NCBI GenBank assembly: GCA_000708835.1
Contig: DF237062.1
Location: 62,001 to 126,000, forward strand
Reading direction: 5' to 3'
From: Klebsormidium nitens
Taxonomy: Eukaryota; Plantae; Klebsormidiophyceae
DNA: 64,000 nucleotides
A model generated the notes under the pieces. It made no database searches and was not told the origin of the DNA. It worked only from the letters and a program-made list of their open reading frames with translations. The position numbers and the translations under genes are program-made. Of the stretch, positions 26,001 to 38,590 are shown one piece after another (position 1 is the first letter of the stretch; the number at the start of each line of letters is the position of its first letter).

Positions 26001-29000
26001 CTCAATATTGGCTCACTCTGGTCGCTGACCACCACTGAAACAAGGTCCAGTGCGCAGCCCGTGAACCCGCCATCGTTGGCGTCCTGCTCTGAGAAAGTGA
26101 GCGTCGACTGCTCAGCGGTTGCCAGGAACGTAACGGTCTGCTTCTCGAAAAGCATGTTGTCCTTTGTGCGGGTGATGCCATCCTTGGTCTTCAGCGTGCA
26201 TGTGAACGGGACGTCCTTGCCGGGCGCCAGGACGTGGATAAATTTGTCCTCGGGGCCCAGATCTGGGTTCTTGGCGAGGTAGAAGGTGACGTCATAGTAC
26301 GCGCCGGGGGTTGTGGCGAAAGTCTGCGGCACGGCGGGCCCAGTTAAAACGGATCACGGAGAGAGGAGTCAGCTCGAAAGGAGGAACGAGGAAACCAGCG
26401 AAATAGGAATATAACAGGACTAGAAGCACTACCAAAAATGAAACATTAAGCAGTTGCACCAAAGTACAGAAAAGTACCCCAGAAACCTTTTCTCGCCATC
26501 GACGATCCAGTAGATTTGGTTGTAACAAATGTCTCATTGAGGACATCCTTCTGGCGAGATTGACACCGACGTTTGTTGTGCAGAGCAGTCTGCTTAAGAA
26601 GCGTAAATCGCTGAGCTGGACGGATTAATCTATACCTTCACTCAAAACAGATGGTTTTTAAGTCTCCCAGGGGCCGTGTGACGAAGCTCTTCTTTGGACT
26701 CTGAAGGACTCATATCTTCAAGTAGCAAACAGTGCTGTTGTGATGCTTAGAAATTTGTGAGCACAGCCCTACCTGTTTGATCTCGCCGTTCGAATTACCC
26801 GCCATGTCCAAGGACCGAGTGCCAGAGTGGGAAACTGCACAGTTGAACGCACATCCAAATTAAGAAGGAAGCGGCGATGGTCTAGGCCGTAGTATTTCCA
26901 CGCCTGTCTTCAGATGCGGAAACAGTATAATTCTTGATTCAATCTCATCACGATGCTTGTAGCAGGGTCCTCAACACTCGAAAAGCAACATCTTCCAGGT
27001 CCTTCTCGTGTAGCTCCTTTTTTAGCTCGCATGTGGGCGAGACTCACCCCAGTACCCGTTGATAAGGTCGACTGAACCGGGGTTCGTGCTGACACCGTTG
27101 GGTGTTACCACCCAGCCTGCAAACAGATTGATGGAGTGCGCATTAGAAAGCATAGGGACCACGTGATAATGTCAACTTTTTGGCTGAGCAAAACAAGACC
27201 CCCGCCGGCTTGCTCAAATTTCCCCTCTGCACTATGTAAAAGTCTTTGAAATTGGACAAGCTGCAAGAACGCTTGTCCAAATCAGGAAGGACGAGTGGCC
27301 CGCATAGTCGTCTCCGGTGCGACCTACCTTCAGAGAAGCATCTGATTATGAACGAACAATGGCCGGATTGAAAATCAGGGTCTTTGGGTAAGGTGTTCAC
27401 GCTTACATGGGAGTGTTGTGGAGTCAGTGGCAAATATGGTGCTGAACGCCGAGCCCACGATGTTCCTTTGGACCGTTTCGAAGTCTCCGTTGCACAGCAA
27501 GTTTTCGGCCATCGTGTCTTGCGCTGCACCGAGGACCATGCTTACGTTAGCAACCGAAAGAACAAGGTCATTGAGTTGCAAGGGCAGGTTCGACCGAGGC
27601 ATGGAAGCCTTATCTGCTGGTCTAAAAGGGTCTCGACCTAGTACAGAACGTCACAGAACCGAACTTTTGCTGCTATGCAATGTACTGGAGGTTGAAGGGC
27701 CAAGACAAGCTCTCGGCCTAACGCTCGTCGAGACATTGGAAAGGAGCATTGGCGAGCAAGGAAGACGAGCAGCGACAGCCGCCATCTCTTCAAGAACGAT
27801 GAGACCATTGTTGACTTTGACTGGTAGCTGCTTCTCAGGGTGAGGAACAAAACAGAATCCATCTCTTTGCCCCCAGCAACAGAAAAGGGCGGGAGCAGGG
27901 GGAAGTTCCTCACCATTGGAGCATGCGGTGATGGGGGGACCATAGGCGCACGAGAAGTCGGCAGTGGGGTTGTAACAAACATAGCCTTCGTCGAAGTTGG
28001 TTGGGCACCTGCAAGAGTCGCAAGACACGAGCTTTTTCGCAATGAACACAGCGGGCTCGAGTCCGATCTCATTTTAACCAACTTGATTCAGCAACGTTTA
28101 AGAGTATAGAGCTTATTCAACATTGCAAAACAATACAAATGTCTTCAAAAACGGAAGACGCACAAACTCTCTTCGAATCTCGTCGTTTCTTGACGTCAAA
28201 AGGACAAAATTCAGATGTTCAAAGGGCGTTCTTTGCGCCCTGCTTCAATCTTGTCGGTTTTGTGCTTAGCGATCTGACGAGAGCTTCTTGACCAGGTCTT
28301 ACCTTGAATCGCCAATTGGGCAAAGCTTCCCATCGAGGCACGTGAATTGGGTGTTGTCATAATCGCCGCAGTTCGTCCAAGGGGCACAATACTCGATGGC
28401 GGCTGCGGAAAGAAGCAGAAAGACATGCGTCAGCGGCGTTAGAAGCATCATTAGCGGGTGTTGAAGAAGTTACTGAAGGAAGGCTCCTTCTTCTTGCTAA
28501 AGAAGATCTGCTAAACGCGAACTCCATACGGGGGCCGGAATATGAAGGTCGATCTTCCGGTTTTCCAGCTTGGAGATGATTACCGCCCTGCAAGTATAGG
28601 AAGTCCGACTAATGAAGGCGTCTTAAATATCGATTCTTCAGGGTCTTTTGCCACGAATCCGCCGTGGCGCCATCCTTCAGCCGTTTAATAGAATCCCTTA
28701 TGCAGTAACATCAAAACTAATGTATCTGAGGCTTTTTCGGCTTTGGGCTCCGTAGCCTGTTCTGCCTGTTGTGCCCTGGTAACCACCAAACATCAAAGAG
28801 CCGCACAGACTTTCGTACTCCCTACGCCCCTTGTCGCGCACCTGTCTGGCACGGCCCGACTGCGGTCGCGTCGTCGTGGTTGGGGCCGAGCTGCAGCGCG
28901 TTGTTGACGCAGGAGTACGTGGTCCCGGGCACGTAGCAGCTGAAGGAGCTCGGGGGGCCGCACCGCCAGGCTCCCGCCGGACACAGCTGCCAGATCAGGG

Positions 29001-32000
29001 CAAGGTCTCCATCAGTAAATGCTTTCAGGCATTTCGGGTTCGGTCTTTCTTGCAGACACAATGTAAATCAGCCACATTCAATCAGGTGGTGCAGCTCCAG
29101 AGATAATGCCCTGTGAAACTGAGACGTTCCGCCCACCCCATATAGATTCAGGTCAACTCAACTGTGCTCAGCCACACTGAATAGAAACGAAAGGGAACTT
29201 AGCGATCTTACCTGGCCGTTGAGGCACCAGTAATCATCGGTGCTGTACTCTCCGGCGCAGTTGGTCCAGGGCTCAGCGTTGCCGCAGAACGAGGAGGTTA
29301 TCTTGAAGATGATATCCTCCCGAATTATCAGCTTGAGGAGCTCTGCATGAGAGATTGAAGAAGACGGAACGTTATATTGGGAGTTGTGCTCATTCCACAT
29401 ACTTCATCTAGGGTCTGTACGGAGGCAATTTCTGCTTTTCATGACGGCTTTATTATCGAGAATCATGCAGAAGCAGAAGCTGCGGGACGTGAGCATCACA
29501 GCTGATTGTTGCATGTAAGCGAGAGCTTTTACGCTTTCCTTCAATCATCTTTCGCGGTCGACTTGCTCGTACACTGGGAATGCACCACGTTTCAGTAGGT
29601 CGATTTTCCAAAACACCTGACCGACAATCAGAGGAAGGCCCGGAGGCTTACGCAGCTCGTTGTTGGCGCAATACTTGATCTCGGTGGAGTCAGACTGCTG
29701 TTCGTCCTTCAGCTGCACCACGTTTCCGTTCTTGCAGCCATAGGCGGGGTCGGCGTTAGGGTCGAAGCAGGCGTACACTCCGTTGTCGGGGTTGGTGCAC
29801 CGGGAGAAGCCGTGCGGGCAAAGGACTCCGTCCAGGCAGCTGTGCACGTCGGGGTCGAAGTCACTGGCGCAATTGGTCCAGGGGTGGCATAGGTCGTTCT
29901 CTGGGGCTGTAGGGGCCAGGTGGAACTAGGTTCAGCTAATGACTCTTTCTAAAGCATAATGAGCTTCGGTTCAGCCGTCCCGACATCCAATTATTAGGTG
30001 TTCTCTGCGTCTTGAGAATTGGTTCGGTTAACGACTATTCATAAAGCATGATTAGCTTCAGTTCAGCGTTCTGTAGAACCATTTGTTTAATGGCCAAGTG
30101 CAGTCAAACGTGGTTGCTGAATAACGGGTTTCGTTGAACTCATTGCTTCGACCTCGACGCTTTCGGTCTCTTAGCGTGCACTAGAATGCCCAGTACGTAC
30201 CTAGTGAGTTCTGGCTCACTAGGTACGTACTGGGCATCACCAATTGTACTTTTACGATATGTGGTTTGCAGTTTTCATTATGGTCAGTCTAACGGCGGGG
30301 AGACATTGCCCGTGGGGTTCGGCTTCTGAGATTCGACGATGCATGACCTCACGACTGAAACACGAAGACCGGGAAAAGCGGCGGAGGGGCTCACGCTCGC
30401 ACGCGGTGACCTGGGTCCCGTCGTCCTTGTTTGCGCCCGACTTCAGCTTGTGGTTCTTGCAGCTGTGCGTGCCTCCGACGGTGTAGCAAGCGTAGTTGGT
30501 GTGGCTGTTGCCGCAGCGCGCCATGCCGATGGGGCACGCGAAGCCGTCCAGGCAGCTGTGAGTGGAGAGGTCGATGGTCCCGTCTTCGCAATTGGTGTAC
30601 AGAACGGACCCCGGGCACGAGGGCTGGCTTTTTGTAACGGCGGGCTGGATGGTGGTGCCTGCACGCGTCGGATGTTCATTTCAAACAGTTGCTTTTGGGC
30701 GATCGTCCATTTTGCTTGCGTTTCTCATGTCCCCCTGTCTTAATGTTCATAATAGCTTGCTCGCTATTGTCTGTTCCAGGAGGGCTTGAAGACAGAGGAC
30801 CTTGGCTGCTTTTCTCTGAAGCACTTGAGGTGCTCGAAGTTGCACGAGCATAACAAACGCCGAGCCTGGTAGAACAACAACCATATTGCGGTAAAGATCG
30901 AAGATACACTGCAGCGCTCGTCTATCTATTTCGAAAGCCAAAACGCTTCAGTTTGAACGTCTCAGTTCAAGAAAATCGTAGGAGGCCTTTGCATCAGAGA
31001 AGACCCAAGAAGCGGCAGACTGAATGACTTCGCGCCTCACAAATGAATCGCACTGAACCCGACAGCAAGACGCAGGAGCCAGGCGAATCGAAGCTCTGCG
31101 CTTACCTGAAGGCGCGCACTTTTTAATCACAGTTTCGTCCGATTGACCTGCGAACATTGACGGTGGAAGAGAAGTCAGCCGCCGGCCTTTTACTTCAGGG
31201 CCCTAAGAAAGACCTTTCCAACCCCTGAATTTCGCCTATCCCAAACTTGTCTCTCCAATGTCTTCACCGGTCAAGGGAATACCTTAGAAATGACATAGTC
31301 TTATTACGCAGTCATAAGATCTTTCCACGTGATAGCCTACGCTAATCGGGCAATCACTCTTGAATGCCTTTGATTGGATTGGAAATCCCCGGACTTGCAC
31401 TCTTTCTTGAGTGCTAAGATCTCAAAGGCGAGCTTTAAATCCTGACGGGCTCTCCTTACTTCCGTGATCGTTCTTCGCCACAGGATGTAAGTGCTTCTTG
31501 ATCCGCTTAACCACGGATCCGCGCTTGCCTTGCTAGAAATGGTAGATGCAGCTACTAATTACGTTTCCACAGGACCACGATTGTCGTGTCTAAGCTTGAA
31601 TAGACCTACAGTAACCTCTTTTCAGTAGAATTCGAGACGCACCTGACCTTACCAAGCCAGACCCGGCAAAAACCACACTTTGAAGAAGTAAGGCCGTGTT
31701 ACAAGCACTTGCTGGAGAATCAGGCAGTTGGCATCTGGAGAAGCAGGCTGGTATAAGGACGACTCACCCCTGCAACCGGAGGTTTCCAGCTTGCCGTCGA
31801 TGCACGAGGCGGGCGACTTGCCGCCCGGGTTGAAGCATACGTAAGCTTTGTCGTCGCCGCACTTCTGCCAGCCGCTGGGGCAAAGCGCGCCGTTGAGGCA
31901 TTCATACGCGTCCCTATCCCAGGAGCTTCCGCAGTTGTCCCATGGGGTTTTGCCATTGTTGCAGGTAGGGCCTGGAAGAAGGAGCGAGAATTTTTCCAGA

Positions 32001-35000
32001 GAAGCAATGGAGAGAGGATCAAAGGGGCTGCGAAACAATCAAACCGCCAAAAGCGCAGTCGACTCGGAAGCCTTTCTGGTCAAGTTCTGGAGAGAGGCAG
32101 CTTTGCCAGATACTGATGACTTGTATCTGGTTGACAGGCCCTTTTCAACAAGGGCTGTCAAGGGCATAGCTTTCTGCGTTTACTACTTGATGTTTCGACG
32201 AGCAGACTCTTCCAGTTGCTCGTCGGAATCCAACGGGATTGGTTTGCGAATTAAGCCGTGCTTCACTCACGAATAGCGCAGAACGATTGTGCCAATTGCT
32301 GAGCAGCAACCTACAAGCGAGATTGAAGAAGGCATAGCTCACGCACCGACGTAGCAGCGATCAATCTGGCTGTCGTCATCGTCATTGGCGGGTGTCACCA
32401 GCTTCCCTGCATGGCAAGAGTAAACCCCGCCCTTTTCGTAGCAGGAGGTGCCGCAGAGGGAGAAACCAGTCGGGCATATCTGCACGAAGCCAAAATCAGA
32501 GGGTTAAGGAGCAGAAATTAGATAATAAGAGAATTCAAGGAAGGGGGTTTGCTCAGAAGGTTACTTAAAGATGTTTTGGAGCTCGAAACACAGTCCCAAC
32601 ACGGGATTCGAATTCAAAGTGCTTCAATAAGGTAGATCTTTCATCCGAAGGGACTCGGAATCAACATGTGGAACTTAGAGCTGAACTAGCTTTAAACTAG
32701 CTCTAAATTTGGAAGGCGTGAAGTATCTTTTGGTTCGAAGGCCAAAATCGTAGCTGAATTGGATACCTGGCCATTCAGGCAGTCGTACGAATCCCGATCC
32801 CAGAGCCCGGGGCAGTTGGTCCAGAGCGGACATTTCTTGTCCACAGTGATCTTCTTTGCGAATTCGAGGTCGGTGCCTGCAGGGACGAGTGAGACAGGCT
32901 TCACTTTCGGTTTCGAGGGCATGCTGCATATCCCTTGCTGTGGAGATTCACCGAATCTTCCTTACTGAAAAGAGATGTACTAGGCTTTGGTGCGTGCTGA
33001 AATCGAATCGGAGTCTCTGCATTTAAGAGAAACAAGAGGAGACCCCAAGCAGGCTAGCTCTACTGGAACTCAAAGCGAGAGCAGTGCCGCAGCACTCACT
33101 CTTCTTGCAGAAGCAGACTTCTGAGCCGTCGTTCTCGGGGTTGGCCTGCGACACCGGCTGGACCATGCCCTGGATGCACACGTTGGTCTTCTGGACACCC
33201 CTTGGTTTCACATAGGACATGCCAACAGCGTCTTGTCCGCAGCGGCAGAAGCCCTTCATGCCAAGGACGTCGGCGTAGCACGAGAACTGGGACTCGTCAT
33301 GGTCGCCGCAGGTGTCGAACGGGTCGCAAGGAACGTAATCTGCAAAGATTTCAAACTATGATGACATCTCTGCAGGACAACCATTGTTTGGAATGGAAAG
33401 ATACCGGCCCAGGCAGCGCCTGCACTTGAGAGTCCAGCCGCACACTCTTCGTAATACTCAGGCTCCGCTTTTTTGGAACTTCAATCTCGTTCAAGCAGTA
33501 GGTGGACAGAGTTATTTGCACTGCCTCCAAAAGAGGGGTTTGGTTTTGAGCTTCTGTTCCTACGAGCAGCAAGGGAGGCTTAAAATTGGCAGTGGGGAAG
33601 CTTCGACGTGTTACAAAGTCTGGTCAATTCAATATATAGCCGCACAGCTGGCTTCTAAAGTAAAGGTACAGAGGATAAGCAAGAACAGGAGCCGCTTGTG
33701 CAGCAACACAGATATTTGAGCTACTCGAACCACAGATTTGTTGCTAGGAGAGAGCGCAAAGTTTGTGACATTCAGTTCGTGCGCAGCTTCCACAGACTTC
33801 AGTCCAGCTTGGCGATGCTAGGCTGTTTGAGGGCATCACTGACCTTCCTCGCACCGTGTGTAGGCAGTATCGTCGTCGATTCCGGGAACAGGAACAAGCT
33901 CGTTCTGGACGCAGCTTTGGGTGGCCTTGTTGGTGTTGCCTTCGTCCGCCTGCATCTGGAAGCACTTGAATGTCTTCGGGGAGACGCCGCACCTGCAGCC
34001 ATCGGCGTGTTGGTCAATCCCTTGGCTGATGCGTTCTTTACAGCTTGAAAACGCAGGCGATTGACTGTTGTCAGCCCCCTATGCTCTCGCGAATTGCTGT
34101 GAGGCCGTGCTGAACGACGGTCCGGTGACAAACTCCAAGCAATGACGGGTTTTGTTTCCCAGCTGTTGAGGACAAACTCTCAGAAGAGCAGGCCCAATCA
34201 AAGATCTTCAATACAGCTGTCTCAGCAATTGAAAACGGATGAGTGCACTGCCAGAAATTACTTGGGGACACAGCTCAGATTGATGGTTTAGCATCTTACC
34301 TGGAGTATGACTTGGGGCAGAGGACGCCGTTCAAGCTGCATCAAGAGACCGCAAAGGCACTTTTCTCAGAGAACGAGCAACGTGAACAGCCAGATCAGGA
34401 TGGTAAACCAAGCCAATAGTGCGTAATCAGCATTCCACTTTTTCGCAATGAGACGAGAGGCCACTGATGTTTCCACCATGAGGCTCCGCAGCGGACTCAC
34501 GAGTCTCTGCAAGTTACAACTCATGAAGCAAGCAAATAGATGGACAAGGGCCTAGCTCCAGTGGCACGTAAGGAACCACTATAAGATTAAAAGCTGATTC
34601 ACTCCGCAATTTCTACTCAACCAGATAATGTCAGTCGCCTCAAGAATTTGTGCTGACAGCAAGAAGAGACTCCTGCAAGAAACACTGACGTACTTTTCGA
34701 TTGATCTTTCTCCTCGCGACTTCGATTCAAAATAGGTACTCACCAGTCATAGGCTTCAGTGTCGTAGGCAAGTTTGGATCCACAGTTGGACCACGGTGTG
34801 CAATTTTTTGTTCTTAACGCCCTTACAATCTGCTTCAGCCGATCCTTGTCCCACTTGCCCGCATCCAGAACCGCCTTGCTGTAATCTGTAGCAAATCAGC
34901 GCCAAGTTATGTTCTGGCAAGTAGAGAAAGTTCACAAGGTTGACGGCTGATTCATGCCTATTCCGGGTTTGAGGACATTCAGGCCGAAAACAATAGAGCA

Positions 35001-36483
35001 AATCCGTTTCTTAGGCTCACGTTTGCCTTCGAGAGCACTACAATGCTGAAGGGTGCGTTTGCATTCCAGGCAAACTGATGACAGTTGCGGCAAGCAATCG
35101 GCACAAAAGCAGCGGCCTTCGCTTACCAACGCAGTTCGTTACTTGGGAGCCATCAGAGGGTCCTGGAAAGAGAGAATAGGAGATGAGACAGCCCCGAGTG
35201 TATATAAAAGTTTCAAGAAAGGAATAAGGGAAACCCCAACAGGTCTATTGCACCAGCCAGAATTGCAGGGATAAGCAGCCAGATGCATCCTTGATAATCG
35301 GATCTGAAGAATGATTGATCTCCTACCCCTTTATCTGACCAGAATTCTCTTTGAATTATCTCTTGATCAACTCCATAGGGAATGCTAACTGATCAAATTT
35401 ATGTCCATCAGCAAAGCTCCAGGGCTGAGTTGGATCCAGTACAACAGAGGGTGCCTACACCAAGGTTCCCTGGAAGATAGGATAAGTGTCTCACCATCGA
35501 ACAGCGTTTGCACAATTTCGTTATTGTGGCAACTGTATGCTGGGGTGACCCCAGGCGCATCTGCAGCGTCCAAGTAGCACGCGTAGTCGTCCCCACTCCC
35601 GCAGCGGCTATAGCCCAAGGGGCAGAGCCTGAACATGAGAAAGCGTATGCTTAGCACATTCGCTCACATCCAGCCCTTCCTTTGCTGGCCAGTTTGGGAG
35701 GGCAAGGGAGCAAAGGACGCTGAGATTGTAGGGGTGGGACTCGATCTGTAACTAAGAAATGCTGTACCGAGAACTCTATGAGCAAAACCAATTTGAGATG
35801 GTATTGTACATACTCAGTAATGAGCTTTGCTTTTTAGTGACTTCTGTTCTGCTTTGGCTCCCTGACTCCAAGCGTTGAGCGATCAGCCATCAATCTTCAT
35901 AGCAATCACCCTCTCACCTGCCTGTCAGAGATATCTGTGAAGGGATGTGTGGAGAAGGAGTGAAAATGCATGCTCAGATCATAGAGTTTAACCATAGGCG
36001 CGGATATGCATCAGCCTTTGAAGGTTTGCAAATCACAAGGATTTTCACCCGAGTATCTTATGAAAGAGCCTTAGGGTTTTTTGGAGTACCTGTTGATTCT
36101 CAAGAAACCAAGCACAGCGCTTTGAAGGGTCTGCCCTCACCACATCACAAGTAAGGACGTTTAGATCCTACGAAATACATTCACAACCCCAGATTGTGTC
36201 TCAAGGCCGCCACTCAGAAAGGAGAAGACAGAAGGTAAGGCTCTGGATTTGGACAAACTTACACCCCATCCAAGCAGGTGTACTGGTTGCTGTCGTACAC
36301 TCCACAGTTGGCCCATGGTGAACAGTATTTTTTGTCAATTGGAAGGAAATTGAAGCCTGTCATGTCGAAGGTAGCCATGGCCTCAGAAACTGGCACCGCA
36401 GCCAGAACCATCAAGGCCAGCAGTATAGTTGCGGGCGGCACAAGCACCAGCGAGCCATGCCCTGGGTTCCTGGCGTGCTTCAT
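17044..36483 (-). CDS. Giant modular secreted, putatively GPI-anchored surface protein (~2,011 aa, 36 exons): 15 Cys-rich CBM52-like repeats, a DUF642-like galactose-binding-fold domain, 2 PAN/Apple modules and a Pro/Ala-rich stalk
   Basis: Exons: 36483-36263, 35628-35495, 34885-34744, 34335-34300, 34043-33844, 33339-33100, 32933-32767, 32479-32347, 31971-31768, 30658-30395, 29906-29652, 29342-29212, 28986-28842, 28402-28303, 28008-27914, 27523-27407, 27116-27048, 26834-26773, 26323-26017, 25736-25628, 25352-25195, 24906-24825, 24578-24421, 24123-23845, 23484-23236, 22928-22813, 22545-22359, 21988-21868, 21476-21281, 20807-20538, 20112-20043, 19603-19473, 19173-18835, 18433-18250, 17807-17695, 17295-17044. 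They total 6036 nt with compatible phases; the acceptors at 32933 and 18433 are the weakest. The N-terminus has a hydrophobic signal (ATILLALMVLAAVPVSEA) and the C-terminus is hydrophobic (VASAAVAIALVGAVVGLF*). Domain names come from remembered family consensus, not a search. Confidence 0.85.
18678..18722 (-). pseudogene. Near-intact in-frame copy of the 3' end of surface-protein exon 33, with GT donor
   Basis: Copy SLSIQFSIWSSSQTE|gtgaa versus the real SLTIQFSIQSSNQTE|gtgag; offset 157 bp. Confidence 0.85.
23236..24123 (-). other. Two tandem PAN/Apple-like modules, each a single phase 1-1 exon
   Basis: TADQCAALCASTTGCIMFQL..DDCCYLRS and NKLQCEEACLATKSCVGFSF..GCCWLKS match the C-x3-C-x5-C..C-x-LKS core. 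Confidence 0.8.
23629..23690. repeat. 31-bp intronic tandem duplication (1 mismatch)
   Basis: CAAGCAGGCTTATGGGG(A/G)CAGGGGGAAAACA x2. Confidence 0.95.
26017..27523 (-). other. DUF642-like (galactose-binding-like fold) domain, exons 16-19 of the surface protein
   Basis: NLLCNGDFE..LPCWVV..GSVDLI..SLDMAG..GEIKQTFATTPGAYYDVTFYLA..TLTFS..GCALDLVSV follows the NGxFE..W.V...VD...LDL..G.I.QT pattern of this fold. Confidence 0.7.
30186..30237. repeat. Perfect 23-bp inverted repeat with a 6-nt loop (intronic)
   Basis: ATGCCCAGTACGTACCTAGTGAG-ttctgg-CTCACTAGGTACGTACTGGGCAT. Confidence 0.95.
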
Positions 36484-37129
36484 CTTGGGCTGTAGCCACC
36501 AGAATGGAGTGACTGCTTGAACCTGAGCTCTGTATGTAGGGAAATCACACGTCAGGTGCATATCGGCAACTTTGAATTTCCAGACCCTTTCATATGTGAA
36601 GGATCAGCTAATCAAGACAGTGCGGTTCCTCGATGAGACTTTTTGGTCAGTATACCCCGCTAGCCTTGGTGCAATTGGTGCTTTCAGACGATGCACCTCG
36701 TTTCTTCTTGCACAACAAAGATTTTGTGATCTGAGTTAGAACTTCTTCTGGATCTAAAATATTGACAGCTTATCAATCTGACTCTGCGCTGCAAACGGTC
36801 CTGCATGAGAATGCTGAGCAGCCTGCATCAGCCCGAGCGCTCTACCGAGACTCTCAGATCACTTCAGACTTACCTCCTCTCCTGAACTCCTGGTGGTGCA
36901 GCAGAAACTCTTGAGCTGGGACAGGAAAGTACAGTCAACTCCCAAAGCCCCTTCTCATTCCATGACGAAAGGCGCCTCGATGGCGGTGTCTGAAGCAATG
37001 AATCAGAATGCACCCTTCTTCTTTTATGGAGCCAGCTAACCAATGGCAAAGACTTTCAGGCAAATCTTGAGTGCACCTTAGAAGGCTGCGCCTGCCAGCC
37101 TGCCTTCCACCTGACACAAGCCCTAGGTA

Positions 37130-38590
37130 TAACCAGGTACGAGCTCCCGAGTACCGGGTGGGCGTGCGTGTACGCAATGAGACTACCGGTAGTTTCCATA
37201 GGATTTGGATGAACAGTTTGTCAGGATATAGGTACACCAGAAGGAATCTATACTATAGGGCCTGTGAAGGTAGCGTACCTATGTTGAGCCTGGCTGAGAG
37301 CAAATTGCAAGGCATAAATCTCGTTTCTACCTACATTTATTGTACCATTACTGTACCGTACACCATGTACGGCATCCAGCCACAGCCATATCTGTATGCC
37401 GTACTACCTAGCTACCTATGTACAAAATATCGAGGTGTTGTTTACCTCGCAAAACAAGGGAAAGGATCAAAGGATGCGGAGAGGCACTGTACCCGAAAAT
37501 GGTAGAGATCGACGGTTATAACCAGCTGAGAACCAGCTAAAGTACTCGCGGGGATTTTATCGACGGTGCTTCTGCTCTCCAAAGCTTTCAGGAGCCGACG
37601 AGTATGACGTTGCAAACCGGGCACATCCGTCGTGCGTCTTTGAAGCTTGTGGGTTGCCCGGAAAGCCCCAACCCGACAGGAAGACGGTTAGGCGCGCGTG
37701 CGGTTAGTGAACGTACGTGTCCGCACGTACAGACAGCCCCCTGAAGCAGGTGCGCACTGCAGGAGGTGAAAGACTATATCACAGTTCACCGGCCAATGGT
37801 TATGCTGACATCACGGCTGACGGTTCATAAGTAGTCACATAAATATGGTTGACAATTGGAACCAGGTTGGAACCGGAATAGATACCGTGCTGGACAGAAC
37901 CCAACCGAGGCATTGGCAAGGACTTTCAGGATTTTCCAGTACTCACCCCACGTAGGTACCTATTCTGAGGCTATTGAGGTACCTATGTACCCAAATTCAT
38001 TGCGGCCTGAGCCTAAGGGGACGGTATACTCAAGTCGTCGTGTCCTTCGTGCAAAGTCGACATTCTATTGGTGGCTCCTAAAGAGCTGTTGCAAGAGGAT
38101 AATGTTGACAGTGACGGCATGTGACATCATGGCACCAGGATGGAGATCCCAGCACAACCAAACCAGCTGCTGAGCCCCCTCTCAGTCTGCGAAAGCCCCA
38201 GCTACATAAGATACGTAGGGCTACTGGAGTACCTGACATGATTTACCTGTACGGTGACATCCACCCAGATACCTCTAGGCTCTGACTGCCTACGTATCAA
38301 GGATACGCCCGTACTCAGTTCAACTTTGTAGCAATGGGCTGCTCAGTGCTGCAAGATCTACTATGGGTACCTATATGTAAATACTAATAGGTACCCATGG
38401 AAAAATCTTCGCTTGATTTTCTGTTGCACTGACCGTACTCAGAGCTTTTGCCGATTCCATGCACACAGACCAGGGTCGATCTGCTCAACTGCTCCAGCAA
38501 ACGCGTTCACATCTTTTTTCATCAGAAGCCATCACTTGACAGCTCAAATTGGCAATCCTTGTGATTCGAACAGACTAGGTACGATACAAA
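37130..38590. repeat. GTAC-rich intergenic tract with a 12-bp inverted repeat (38363-38398); possible non-autonomous element relic
   Basis: About 25 GTAC sites in ~1.45 kb by manual count, against ~5-6 expected by chance. Includes ATGGGTACCTAT..ATAGGTACCCAT. Confidence 0.5.

Noticed and set aside
28530-28587. Possible extra 58-nt exon of the surface protein
   Set aside because: It has AG and GT sites, but its phases do not fit the neighbours; entry in phase 1 gives an immediate TAA.
33940-33950. Apparent GC-AG donor in surface-protein exon 5
   Set aside because: The frame continues openly to a canonical GT at 33843, so no GC donor is needed.
36960-37075. Phosphatase-like motif GCILIHCFRHRHR (HCx5R) on the minus strand
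   Set aside because: It lacks the Gly-rich P-loop and the following S/T, and has no supporting exon context; probably chance.
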